Of a DNA stretch of 64,000 nucleotides, positions 1-10,221 are shown one piece after another (the stretch's first letter is position 1; every line of letters starts with the position of its first letter). Position numbers and translations under genes: made by a program. The stretch comes from Leptospirales bacterium (lineage in GTDB: Bacteria; Spirochaetota; Leptospiria; Turneriellales; JAOUFE01), in assembly GCA_040326155.1 (NCBI GenBank), contig JBEQLE010000013.1:1-64000 (forward strand), given 5' to 3'. The notes under the pieces were generated by a model. It ran no database searches. It was not told where the DNA came from and saw only the letters and a program-made list of their open reading frames with translations.

Positions 1-185
1 ATTCTATGATTGTCAGCCGAACAAAAAATGAAAAAGAGAAAAGTATAATTATCATTTATCATACCGGCGCGGCGCAGGGTATGAAACGAGTTGAGGTGGA
101 ATACCTTAATGCGTATGCGAAATTTATTCCGGAAGAGTGGAATAAAAATTTTTTGGGAGTATACAGGTTTCATATAATAGAATAA
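1..185 (+). CDS. 3' end of DUF1175 (YfaT-like) protein, truncated by window edge
   Basis: Frame from base 3 reads SMIVSR...IIYHTGAAQGMKRV...PEEWNKNFLGVYRFHIIE*. The YHTG and NFLGVYRF motifs match the DUF1175 C-terminus, and the gene lies directly upstream of an A2M gene. Confidence 0.7.
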   Translation, partial: SMIVSRTKNEKEKSIIIIYHTGAAQGMKRVEVEYLNAYAKFIPEEWNKNFLGVYRFHIIE

Positions 186-210
186 CCGTATAAACAATTT
201 GGAGAATACA

Positions 211-3200
211 ATGAAATTCAAACTTAAATATCTTTCTTTTCTGGTCATAATCATATTTAGTCTGTTGTCTAATACGGATAGATATTCATCCGGCTCTGTG
301 TTTTATCTTGGTACGGATAAAAGTTTTAACGTGAATGATAATGTATATGTAAATCTGGAGGGCAATGGGTATACAACGTATCAATTTCGTGTTTATAAAA
401 TAAAAGACCCGAAAGATTTTTTGCGCGACAAAATAGAGAAGCGGCTGGTCAAAGAGAAAAATGAAAAAGTATTTGCAAACCCGGTTGCCTTATTGAAAAC
501 AAGTTGGAATTATTTTAAAGAAGATTTCAAAGAGGTGGCGAGAAAAGAGTTGAATTCAAAAACTCGTGTTCATATAAAAAATTCTGCGAACATCAAATTT
601 GGTGCCGGTGACACAGAAATAAACCTGGCAGAATCCGCCCTGCTCGAAAATCATGAATTCATAACATCATTTGACATACCTGAAATTGGACGCAGTTGGA
701 CCTACCGAAAAATTCCCATCCCCGTTCAAGAGGCTGGTTTTTATCTTATTGAAGCTGTCTCTTCATCGCATATCGCTTATACCGTTGTCATAAAATCAAA
801 CGTTAATTTTGTAACGAAACAATCCGATGGACAAACGGTTATTTATGCTGCTGAAAAAGATACGGGAAGACCGGTTGGTGAGGCAAAATTAACTCTATAT
901 GATGTGCGGACCGGAGCCATAATCGCAGCAGGAGAAACCGAAGACACCGGCGTTTATTCTGTGAATAAAAAAACACCGATGCAGACACTCATTTTATTAC
1001 AGCACAAAAAAGACTATGCTGTTTCAGATCCGGATTTTTATGCGAAATCATTTTATGGTAAAGGCGGAACCCGGTCTATTATTTACACAGATCGTCCTAT
1101 TTATAAGCCGGGACATGAAGTGCAATTTAAAGGTGTTGTTCGAAATTTTCAGGGTTCCGACTATGAAATAAGCTCCGGTAGCGGAACGGTAGATGTCATT
1201 ACAGAAAATGGAAAAGTTGTAGTAGAAAATATTCCGATACGAGCTTCATCTGAAATGGGAACTTTTTCCGGAAAATTTTATTTGCCAGAAGACGACAACG
1301 TTTACCTGGGAGTTTACCACCTCGTATTAAAATATGGCGGCGGAAGTTTTTCAACAGAATTTCAAGTAGAAGCGTATACAAAACCAGCGTTTCTAGTTAA
1401 GGTAAAAACAGACAAAAATATATACATACAAAATGAAAGCATACCCGTGAAAATTCAAGCGAACTACTATTATGGAGCCCCGGTAGCCGGCGCCAGAGTT
1501 CAATACAGAGTTTTCAGAAAAGCCAGGTATGAGTATTCACCCGTAGGCACGCTTGCCTTTTTCGACGAGGCAAAAAACTATCTTTCATCGGCCCCTCCGC
1601 GCAAAAGTGACCTCATTCTGGATAAAACAACCAAATTAGATTCTAACGGAGTTTTATCTTTTTCTTTTACTCCAAAATCGTTTGAAGAAGATTCAACGTA
1701 TACTATTTTAGCACGCGTTAGCGACGCCAATGAAAGTCTAAGCGGTTCCGCTTCGGTATCTGTAAATCGAGGGGCATTTTTTATCCGGGTGAGCAGTGAC
1801 AGTCGGGTTTTTAATCCGGAGGATTCCGTAAAAATATCGGCGAATCTAATACCTTTTCATAAAAATTTGAACGCTGCCGAGAAAGCCAAAGTCATTGAAA
1901 ACCGAAAAGTCAAACTGACTTTATATACACGCGGGTTTACGAATATCTCTAAAGAAAAAGACAGAACCGAGGTGTTAACTAAATCGGCCAAGACAAATGC
2001 CGAAGGGAAAATTACATTTAATTTCAAGCTTCCAGGTAAGGGACATTACATAGCTGAGTTTTCAAGTAAGGATTCTAGCGGGGAAGAGATTAAGGCATTG
2101 ACTACATTCTGGGCTTCGGCAAAAACAGACTCTATTAAGGTTCCTTTTAAAAACTTAACACTGAAATCGGGTAAAGATATTTATAGTGTCGGGGAGACCG
2201 CTGAAATTCTAATTTTGTCTCCGGTAGCAGACGGCCATCTGTTTATAACGCAAGAAGCCAACAAAATCTTGAAATATGAAACGGTTGAGCTGAAAGGTAA
2301 TGTCTATAAATATAAAACCAAAATCCATAAAAGCATGACACCGAATTTTACGATTACGGTTACCCAGTTTGCCGGTAATGATGTCTACAAAAGTGAAATT
2401 AAAATAGTGGCTCCGCCTCAAGACAAAATGGTTACCGTGAACCTTACACATGATAAAAACGAATATCGTCCCGGAGATACCGTTACTCTAAATGTATCCA
2501 CAGAAAATTATAAGAATAAAGCTGTACCTGCGGAGGTCTCTATTTCCGTTGTGGATGATGCCATTTACCAGCTTCAAGCCGATAAAAACCCTTCACTTTT
2601 GACCTTTTTTTATCATCCGCGCAGAAACAATGTGCAGACAACTCTATCTTCCGCATACAGGTTTTTCGGATACTCCGAAGAAAAACGGTTAAAACTGGCT
2701 CTGCTTACGGATAAAAAATCCGGTATGGCGGCCATAAAAGATGATTCTCTTAAAGAGCGGGAAGACTTCAAAGATACGGCTTTTTGGAAGGCAAAAGTAG
2801 AAACAGGTCCAGACGGCAAGGCCGTTGTACGATTTGTTCTACCCGCCAATATTACCACTTGGAGGGTAAATGCTATTGCTGTTACAAAAGATACCAGTGT
2901 TGGACAAAAACAGGTAAAGTTTATCTCTAAAAAGAACCTGATGATTATAGCGAAATTTCCGCCTTATCTACTGCGAGACCAAGAACAAGTTGTTAGCGCC
3001 AATGTTGTAAACTTGACCAATGAAAAAATTACCGCAGATGTTTCCTTGAGGGGCGAGAAGGCAACAGTTCTGAACAAAGCAAAAACAACAATCACTTTAA
3101 ACGCAATGGAAAACAAGCATATCTATTTTACCATTAAGCCGAAAAAGAAAAACAATAAAGAAGAAATTAAATTAACTTTTAAAGCGGTCAGCTCGAAATT

Positions 3201-4821
3201 TACGGATACGGTTAAACATAAAATACCACTGCGCCATTTTGGTATTGAAAGAGTAGAAACTGTCGCTTTCAAATTAAAAAAAGGGAATTCTGCAAACAGC
3301 GCTACAATCAAAGTTGCTTCGAATTACTCTGAACCGAATTTAAACTTACAATTCAGCCCTGGGTATGGGGTGGTTGTAAAGCAGGCCCTTGTCTATCTGG
3401 CCGATTATCCATACGGATGTGTAGAACAAACCATGAGCAGGTTTATGCCGCTTCTTGCCGCCAAACAAGTTGGGTTCATAAGTCATAACTTAAAAAAAGA
3501 GTTACCGGATATGGTAAAAAAGGGACTTTCGTTATTACAGCAACAACAAAACAGCGACGGAGGTTTTGGATGGTTCGACGATTTACAAAGCGATCCGATT
3601 ATGAGCGCTTATGTATACCGCGGGCTGTCTCTAAGTAAAAAGCTGGGCGAGAGCGTCGACGACTCCATGCTCAATCGCGCCAGAAAATTTCTGTATAGCG
3701 CTCTGGCAAAAGGGGACCCTTCGCCAATTTATAAAGCCTACATATTATATTCACTCTCAGAAGGTGGACCAGTTGAACAGTCGATGATAGACAAATTAAC
3801 GGAAGATGTAAACAAGCAAAATGCATACGGGAAAGCTTTGACTGCTCTGGTGTTAATCCACCATGATGAAAAACAAAAGGCGAAAGCTATCTTTTTTCAA
3901 GCACTCAAAGAAAGCGGTTTCTCGAAAAATCCATCCATGAAATTTGCCGCCTTTACTCAGGAATCTTTAGAAACAGACCAGGTAGAAACTGCGGCGGCTC
4001 TGCTAACTGCGGCGTTGCGTTTAAATGTTGATAAAAATATTGTGGAAGATCTATCCTCTTTACTGTTGTTAAACCGGAATGAGTTTGCCTGGAAAAATTC
4101 AAGAGATACGGCTTCTGCGGTTTTAGCTTTAAGTGAAAGAATTGAGAAAATAAAAGACAACTCAGCGCCGAGCGATATTGTTGTTTTAGTCAATGGGAAA
4201 GAAGTTACATCATTCACAGCTTCACCGGAAGAAATTCACGAAGGAGACGCTTTAATTACCATTAAATCATCTGACTTGAAAAACGGAAAAAATGTAATTA
4301 GCATTAAAAAAAGCGCAGGCGCGAACCTATTCGTAATCGGGTCTCTCTCTTTTTTTGACAAGTCAAAAAGCTTTCAAGCAGAAGACAAAGGTTTCACCGT
4401 GAAAAGAACTTACTATAAAATTATAACCGAAAAAAACAAATCAGAAATTACTTTAAAAGCGACTAATAGTACTCAATTTAATCCGGGTGACCTCGTGATG
4501 GTATCGCTGGAAGTACAAAAAACCGATCAGGGTGGTAAATACATTCAAATTGAAGACCCGGTTTTACCGGGATTTTCGGTAGTACGAAAAGATAAAAATT
4601 ATTTTACCGAAGAATTTTCTCTGGAATATAATTACAGACAAATCTTTAGCCATAAAACGGTTTTTCTTATAGAGGGACCGGTTCGAAAATTCACGATTCG
4701 TTATTTTCTTAATGCGAACCTGCCCGGTAAATATAAAGCCATGCCGGCTGTTTCAAAGTTGATGTATTTTCCTGACATTTCAGGAAGAACCTCCGATCAA
4801 AATATTGAAATAAAGGAATAA
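211..4821 (+). CDS. Bacterial alpha-2-macroglobulin family protein with intact thioester motif
   Basis: About 1536 aa. Contains YTDRPIYKPG (MG2), LPANITTWRV and YPYGCVEQTMSR (CxEQ), QNSDGGFGWF and a C-terminal YFP motif. N-terminal signal-like segment. ATG at 211 follows GGAG at 201-204. Confidence 0.95.
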   Translation: MKFKLKYLSFLVIIIFSLLSNTDRYSSGSVFYLGTDKSFNVNDNVYVNLEGNGYTTYQFRVYKIKDPKDFLRDKIEKRLVKEKNEKVFANPVALLKTSWNYFKEDFKEVARKELNSKTRVHIKNSANIKFGAGDTEINLAESALLENHEFITSFDIPEIGRSWTYRKIPIPVQEAGFYLIEAVSSSHIAYTVVIKSNVNFVTKQSDGQTVIYAAEKDTGRPVGEAKLTLYDVRTGAIIAAGETEDTGVYSVNKKTPMQTLILLQHKKDYAVSDPDFYAKSFYGKGGTRSIIYTDRPIYKPGHEVQFKGVVRNFQGSDYEISSGSGTVDVITENGKVVVENIPIRASSEMGTFSGKFYLPEDDNVYLGVYHLVLKYGGGSFSTEFQVEAYTKPAFLVKVKTDKNIYIQNESIPVKIQANYYYGAPVAGARVQYRVFRKARYEYSPVGTLAFFDEAKNYLSSAPPRKSDLILDKTTKLDSNGVLSFSFTPKSFEEDSTYTILARVSDANESLSGSASVSVNRGAFFIRVSSDSRVFNPEDSVKISANLIPFHKNLNAAEKAKVIENRKVKLTLYTRGFTNISKEKDRTEVLTKSAKTNAEGKITFNFKLPGKGHYIAEFSSKDSSGEEIKALTTFWASAKTDSIKVPFKNLTLKSGKDIYSVGETAEILILSPVADGHLFITQEANKILKYETVELKGNVYKYKTKIHKSMTPNFTITVTQFAGNDVYKSEIKIVAPPQDKMVTVNLTHDKNEYRPGDTVTLNVSTENYKNKAVPAEVSISVVDDAIYQLQADKNPSLLTFFYHPRRNNVQTTLSSAYRFFGYSEEKRLKLALLTDKKSGMAAIKDDSLKEREDFKDTAFWKAKVETGPDGKAVVRFVLPANITTWRVNAIAVTKDTSVGQKQVKFISKKNLMIIAKFPPYLLRDQEQVVSANVVNLTNEKITADVSLRGEKATVLNKAKTTITLNAMENKHIYFTIKPKKKNNKEEIKLTFKAVSSKFTDTVKHKIPLRHFGIERVETVAFKLKKGNSANSATIKVASNYSEPNLNLQFSPGYGVVVKQALVYLADYPYGCVEQTMSRFMPLLAAKQVGFISHNLKKELPDMVKKGLSLLQQQQNSDGGFGWFDDLQSDPIMSAYVYRGLSLSKKLGESVDDSMLNRARKFLYSALAKGDPSPIYKAYILYSLSEGGPVEQSMIDKLTEDVNKQNAYGKALTALVLIHHDEKQKAKAIFFQALKESGFSKNPSMKFAAFTQESLETDQVETAAALLTAALRLNVDKNIVEDLSSLLLLNRNEFAWKNSRDTASAVLALSERIEKIKDNSAPSDIVVLVNGKEVTSFTASPEEIHEGDALITIKSSDLKNGKNVISIKKSAGANLFVIGSLSFFDKSKSFQAEDKGFTVKRTYYKIITEKNKSEITLKATNSTQFNPGDLVMVSLEVQKTDQGGKYIQIEDPVLPGFSVVRKDKNYFTEEFSLEYNYRQIFSHKTVFLIEGPVRKFTIRYFLNANLPGKYKAMPAVSKLMYFPDISGRTSDQNIEIKE

Positions 4822-4825
4822 TAAA

Positions 4826-5518
4826 ATGTCTAAATCTTTTAAGAAACAAGCGATTTTGGGTTTTTTCCTGACTATGACTGTTTTTCTAGCAATGACGCAG
4901 AAACTTTACGCCGTAGAAATTAATTTGGACAAACCATGGGGTGGGTTTACTACCGATAAAATACAAAAAATTTCAGGTGTTATTAGTGGTTTTAACGGAA
5001 ATAAGGCCACTCTGGTTGTAAATGGAATTCCCCAGGGGTTGCTATTAACGAATGGTCGCTTTTCTGTCAGCATCGTTCCGTCGCCGGGCAATAATGTAAT
5101 TGAAATTAAAGCGGGTGGCGCCAGCAAAACAGTTTCTTTTTTTGCCAAAGTACCAGCCAAAGATATTAAAATCGTTCTAATATGGGATACTCAAACGGAT
5201 GTAGATTTGTGGGTTATTGATCCAAAAGGGGAAAAATGTTATTATTCCTCCCCTTCCACCTCGTCCGGGGGGAATCTCGATGTGGATGTCACTTCAGGTT
5301 ACGGACCTGAAACTTTTACTATGGCTCAGGCTCTTCCCGGTGAATATTCCGTGCAGGTGCAATATTATAGTTCTCACAGCACCCCCATAACAAGAGTTCA
5401 TCTTTATGTAATTACATATGAGGGAACGCCGAGAGAGCAAAGACAATATTTCCAATTTACAATGACAAAAGCACATCAGGTGTATCAGATTGCCAAGTTT
5501 CAAATTGAAGAAAATTAA
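4826..5518 (+). CDS. DUF2135 / YfaP-family exported protein
   Basis: WDTQTDVDLWVIDPKGE, LDVDVTSGYGPETF and GEYSVQVQYY motifs, a signal peptide, and a position next to A2M. Confidence 0.9.
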   Translation: MSKSFKKQAILGFFLTMTVFLAMTQKLYAVEINLDKPWGGFTTDKIQKISGVISGFNGNKATLVVNGIPQGLLLTNGRFSVSIVPSPGNNVIEIKAGGASKTVSFFAKVPAKDIKIVLIWDTQTDVDLWVIDPKGEKCYYSSPSTSSGGNLDVDVTSGYGPETFTMAQALPGEYSVQVQYYSSHSTPITRVHLYVITYEGTPREQRQYFQFTMTKAHQVYQIAKFQIEEN

Positions 5519-6557
5519 TTTATCCCTGTTCATTTTTCTACTGTTATTTGTTTTCATTCAGACTGAGCCTCTTTCGACTCAAACGATTTATAGCAAATCG
5601 TTACCACAGAAAATTCGGACATTTGAGGAAGACAATTCACCATCTGCAGTTGTAATTTTGCATGCGAGAACGGGCAAAATCAAATATACTTACAATGATG
5701 AATATGTATATAGAAGAAAATTTCCTCCGGGGTCTATAGCCAAAGTCTGGACGGCTGTGGTTTTAATGGAAAACAGGAATACATTTCAATTTAGTCCGCA
5801 AAAAAAAATAGATTGCGCCGGAAAGTTTTTATTCCCCTCTCATATAATTACCGACCTGGATTACCGCCTTTTTAATTTTCAACCGGATTCTCATTCAGAC
5901 AAATCTTATTTTGCATGCTCGCTTAGGTCGGGCCACCATGATATTGATTTACGGCAAGCGTTAATACAATCATGTAATACATATTTCTTAAGAAATGTTT
6001 ATACAAAGCAAAAAATATTCTACAAGCTGCTGCAAGAGAAGTGGAAGCTAAATATGAACACAAGCGTCAGGTTAAATGGTTCTTATGAATTGCCCTCCGT
6101 TATTGCCAAAAATTTAACCGATTCGCAAGCTCTGTTTTCTGCCATTGGGGAAGGCGGAGCGTTACAGGTAACACCTTTGAAAGTAGCGCAAACTTTCTCC
6201 GCTTTTTTTTCACAAACCCCTATGTTGGCGCCTTATAAAAATGACCAACGCGTTCTCCAGCAATACCCTCTCGAAATATCCATTGAAACTTTTCGTTATA
6301 TTTTTAGCGCATTAACACAGGTACCCGTAAGCGGCACCCTGAAAAAGATGAAAATAAAAAACTCAAAAGTGGAAGTCATTGCCGGTAAAACCGGGTCCGG
6401 TACGCACTTACATAAAAAGTACGCCACACATGGTTGGAATGTAATCTATTTTGAATATAAAAATGAAAAATATACTCTGGTTACTTTTGTTCACAAAGGA
6501 AACGGTTCATTGCAAGCTCGCCTGCTCTCTGAACTTATACTGAATAATATACAATGA
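5490..6557 (+). CDS. Penicillin-binding transpeptidase-domain protein
   Basis: SxxK (PGSIAK), SxN (SCN) and KTG (GKTGS) are all present, with a signal-like N-terminus. The start may be the TTG at 5505. Confidence 0.85.
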   Translation: MPSFKLKKINLSLFIFLLLFVFIQTEPLSTQTIYSKSLPQKIRTFEEDNSPSAVVILHARTGKIKYTYNDEYVYRRKFPPGSIAKVWTAVVLMENRNTFQFSPQKKIDCAGKFLFPSHIITDLDYRLFNFQPDSHSDKSYFACSLRSGHHDIDLRQALIQSCNTYFLRNVYTKQKIFYKLLQEKWKLNMNTSVRLNGSYELPSVIAKNLTDSQALFSAIGEGGALQVTPLKVAQTFSAFFSQTPMLAPYKNDQRVLQQYPLEISIETFRYIFSALTQVPVSGTLKKMKIKNSKVEVIAGKTGSGTHLHKKYATHGWNVIYFEYKNEKYTLVTFVHKGNGSLQARLLSELILNNIQ

Positions 6558-6575
6558 TAAAAACGGTTTACAGAA

Positions 6576-7802
6576 GTGATGAAAATTAAATTCGCATATG
6601 GCATTGCCGCTACTGTTTTATGCATCGTTATATATGTACTTCTTTTTTTGACTGCGTCTGCGCCTGAAAAAACAATTCGCCTGCCCTTTAAAAAAGTTCG
6701 TATTGGAGTGTTAAGTAAATATGGGTTGCGTCAATTGTCCATGCATATTAAAAACGGGCGTCTGTTTATAAATGGAAATACATATGCGCTTCAAGATGAA
6801 ACTATATTTATTCAAATTGACAAGTCAACGATTGCCGTATCAGTGCTTTCAGTGTCTTCTAAAAAAATGAAATATACCACAAACCATCTTATACTGGAAT
6901 CGAATGCTTCTATTTTAGTCGCGTGGAAAGAACAACAGTCCCGCAGGTTTTCGGGTAGTTTAGAAGTTGATATAATACATAATAAATTAAATTTGATAAA
7001 CGAAACGGATGTAGAGTCCTATATTTCGTCTACGGCGCACGGAGAGCTTGGTTCGCTGGTGGGTAAACTTAAAGACGAAGCGCATAAGCAAACACTTTTA
7101 CGAACAATAAAAGTTGCCATTCGTTCTTATCTTTTTCATAATCAAAACCGGCACAAAGATGAAAACTTTCATTTATGTGACTTAACTCACTGCATGTATT
7201 TCCCAGGCATGTTGAAGAAAACTGAACCTGGCGATTTTCCTGTTGAAGTTTTATTGAAAGATGACAATGAAATATTAAGCGCCTACTTTCATTCCACCTG
7301 TGGCTCCAATTTAACCGGTCCCGATGTATATTGGAAAAACCATTCCTCCGAAAAATATTATCGCCAAGGGAAAGACTCCCTGTTTTTAGGCAATGAAATG
7401 CTCTGTGAAGATTCACCGCATTACAGATGGGAAGCTGTAATTTCAAAGCCGAAAATTAACGAAATTCTGGGCACTAAAATCACTGGTAAAGTTCAGTTGA
7501 ACGTAGAAAACGGAAGGGTGTCGTCTTTAATTTATTTTGATGAAAACAGAATACAACAAAAGATATCAATTTCCAGTTTTTTGTCTAAAGCAGGTCGAAA
7601 TCTCGGTTGGAACCGAATAAAAAGCAACGATTTTACGATGGAACAAAATGCCAGTTTTTATATTATACGCGGCAAAGGGCTGGGCCATGGTGTTGGCATG
7701 TGCCAATGGGGGGCAATGAGGCAGGCGTCTATGGGTAAAACATATGATGAAATTCTGGAATTTTACTTTCCCAACGCAAGATTAGTCACAGGCACATACT
7801 AA
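6576..7802 (+). CDS. SpoIID/LytB-domain lytic transglycosylase-like protein
   Basis: ESYISSTAHGEL (catalytic Glu region), HLCDLTHC, YFHSTCG and GLGHGVGMCQWGA...EILEFYFP. Confidence 0.9.
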   Translation: MMKIKFAYGIAATVLCIVIYVLLFLTASAPEKTIRLPFKKVRIGVLSKYGLRQLSMHIKNGRLFINGNTYALQDETIFIQIDKSTIAVSVLSVSSKKMKYTTNHLILESNASILVAWKEQQSRRFSGSLEVDIIHNKLNLINETDVESYISSTAHGELGSLVGKLKDEAHKQTLLRTIKVAIRSYLFHNQNRHKDENFHLCDLTHCMYFPGMLKKTEPGDFPVEVLLKDDNEILSAYFHSTCGSNLTGPDVYWKNHSSEKYYRQGKDSLFLGNEMLCEDSPHYRWEAVISKPKINEILGTKITGKVQLNVENGRVSSLIYFDENRIQQKISISSFLSKAGRNLGWNRIKSNDFTMEQNASFYIIRGKGLGHGVGMCQWGAMRQASMGKTYDEILEFYFPNARLVTGTY

Positions 7803-7806
7803 AAAT

Positions 7807-8532
7807 ATGAATAATATATTTAAAATTTTCTTCGCCCTCTTGCTACTGTTTAGTTGTGTTTTTGCCGTGTCGAACCGCTACATACGGTTAGACGGTTTCA
7901 GATACTATTTTCACGGAGGGCGCAGTAAAACCACACAACAGCAACTGCTTTTATTTCATGATATTTTTAAAAATCAAATAACAAATACGTATGAAACTTT
8001 TAATGTAAAAATACCAAACCGTTTTGAAATTCATATTGCCGACAATGCTTCCGTTTTTTCAGAAGTAACCGGGCGGGCTCCCTTTGTAGCATCCCTGTAT
8101 TGGGCAGAACATGATAGTTTCTATTTTCAAAATGTTTCTTCTTTAAGAAGACAAAATATATTGTCTTCGGCGATTTCACATGAAATCTGTCACCAGGCTC
8201 TAACGAAAGAGCGCACCGGACCAACTTCAACGGAAGAGACCATTATGAGCGACGAAGCATTTTGTTTGTCGTATAGCCCGATTCTAAAACCCAAAAAAAA
8301 CACGGCTGAAGTATTCCACAAATTTAGAACCTTCAAGCAATTTCAGGAATCTTTAACCCGAAACATGTTATCTGGAAACCGGAGCAAAGTTTATACGGCG
8401 TATCATTTAGCATACGCATGGGGCGACTATCTAATAAAAAGATTCGGCCTGGCGATGGCGTTTCAGATAACGGCAGAACATAACCTGGATAATTTTGAAA
8501 TTATATTTGCAGAATTTCTTCGGTCCCTATAG
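7807..8532 (+). CDS. Exported HExxH (peptidase MA-like) protein
   Basis: Signal peptide, SHEICHQ followed by SDEAFC (possible third Zn ligand), and a C-terminal Y..AY....YL.KRFG helix pattern. Confidence 0.6.
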   Translation: MNNIFKIFFALLLLFSCVFAVSNRYIRLDGFRYYFHGGRSKTTQQQLLLFHDIFKNQITNTYETFNVKIPNRFEIHIADNASVFSEVTGRAPFVASLYWAEHDSFYFQNVSSLRRQNILSSAISHEICHQALTKERTGPTSTEETIMSDEAFCLSYSPILKPKKNTAEVFHKFRTFKQFQESLTRNMLSGNRSKVYTAYHLAYAWGDYLIKRFGLAMAFQITAEHNLDNFEIIFAEFLRSL

Positions 8533-8547
8533 CCGGAAAATTGGTTT

Positions 8548-10029
8548 CTATTTATTTGTTTTTAGAATCTGATCACTTTGGGCAAGACCGGTTATAATAG
8601 GTAATATATTTCTATTGAAAATGTCTTCCAGTTCCAATGTTGCAAATACCTCTTGTAAAAGAGCCGTGTTCTTATTGTATATATCGCCGTAAGCTTTTTG
8701 TGTATTCCCTATTTTTCTTTCCAGATCTTTACTATGCTTTAAATACAGATAAATAATATTGTCCAGAAATTTTGGGTACTTCGCTCTGACAAATTCATTG
8801 AAAGCCTTTTTATAAAGAAAAAAAGTTTTCTTTTCAGGGTCCTCATCTTTATCTTTATCTTCTTGAATTAACTCAAGAGTGTCCTCTAATAAATATTTTA
8901 AAGTTAAAAAGGAAAAAGTACTCTGGTGAGGACCTTTTATATCATCTTTTAATTTTTGAAAAAAGTTTTCAATATAATAACCTTTGTCTTCTCCTTGTTC
9001 AATCTCTTTGTGAATTTGAAGAGTAAAAAAACTTTTGAATTTATCCATTAAATGAAGATCTTTGAGTGTTTTTTCTAAAAGATAAATATCTTTTTCTGTC
9101 TGATTTTGATAGGCACTGATTAGAAAAAATTGGCTGAAAAAGTAATCTACAAACTCTTCTTTAAGAGGAGTAAAAACCTCTTTCAGAAATTTTCTATAAT
9201 CACCATGTTCTCTTGTCAGATTGTCGATATATATAAATATATTTTCACTGATAACAGGCCACCCATCTTGAATTGTGACGATATCAGCATCTTCCACAAT
9301 ACTCTTTGAGATTTTACCGATATTTAGCTTTTGGTATTTTCTCAGAAAATCGACTCGCTCTTTCGATAGCTCCATCTCTTCATGGCAATACTCTTCGAGG
9401 GCGACAATAACATCAAAAGCTTCTTGTATAACATGATTCTCATAAATTTTAGTGATCCAGTTATCAATTTTCTTAGTTGCTTTTGCTCTTGAGGGCTCTT
9501 TGGTCACTTGAATGGAAGATTGAACAGAATTTATATATTGATAAACCTGGTCAATAATAACCTCTTTATTATGAATAATATTTTTTTGATCAGCTTTCTT
9601 TTGCGTAATTAACTTATGCATAAACTTTTTAAGAACTGTACTATAACCTTCGAATAGCTTTACCTGATCTTCTTGAGCGGAAATTGTGTGTACTAAATAA
9701 AGTTCTATATATTTTACAAGAACCTTTTTGTCTTTAGTCTCAGCGGGAACGCTATCGACCATTTTTCTAAAGGCTTGAGGAATTTGAGAAATCAGGTCAA
9801 TATTTTCTTTGATCAGGTTTGCCGATTTAATAAAAAACCTCTGAACTAAATAATAGGTAACTATTTTAATATTTTCATCTATAACATCAGGATCATTTTG
9901 CAACGCTGTTAAAGTATTTTCAATGACATGGTCTTCTCTTACATCAACGGAAGTATATTCATAGTACAGCGCAGTTTTACCCGCTTCGCCGGCTGATCTT
10001 GAATTTGGAATAATCTTTTCCACTAACAT
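8548..10029 (-). CDS. Hypothetical soluble, predominantly helical protein
   Basis: 493-aa ORF with an AAGGG SD-like sequence upstream. No recognised motif. Confidence 0.75.
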   Translation of the reverse strand: MLVEKIIPNSRSAGEAGKTALYYEYTSVDVREDHVIENTLTALQNDPDVIDENIKIVTYYLVQRFFIKSANLIKENIDLISQIPQAFRKMVDSVPAETKDKKVLVKYIELYLVHTISAQEDQVKLFEGYSTVLKKFMHKLITQKKADQKNIIHNKEVIIDQVYQYINSVQSSIQVTKEPSRAKATKKIDNWITKIYENHVIQEAFDVIVALEEYCHEEMELSKERVDFLRKYQKLNIGKISKSIVEDADIVTIQDGWPVISENIFIYIDNLTREHGDYRKFLKEVFTPLKEEFVDYFFSQFFLISAYQNQTEKDIYLLEKTLKDLHLMDKFKSFFTLQIHKEIEQGEDKGYYIENFFQKLKDDIKGPHQSTFSFLTLKYLLEDTLELIQEDKDKDEDPEKKTFFLYKKAFNEFVRAKYPKFLDNIIYLYLKHSKDLERKIGNTQKAYGDIYNKNTALLQEVFATLELEDIFNRNILPIITGLAQSDQILKTNK

Positions 10030-10221
10030 TGTACCCTTCTCAATCCTTCTTTAATAAAGTTAGTAATTAAAGACCTAAATAACAACAAGATTCAATTTTA
10101 AAAGGAAAAAAATAGTTTTTATGGTACTTATAGCACTAAATTATGCATTTTAAATAATAAATCAACTTGCTTACACATAATGAATTGAATACAGCAGATA
10201 AACAACACACTCCGGGCAAAT

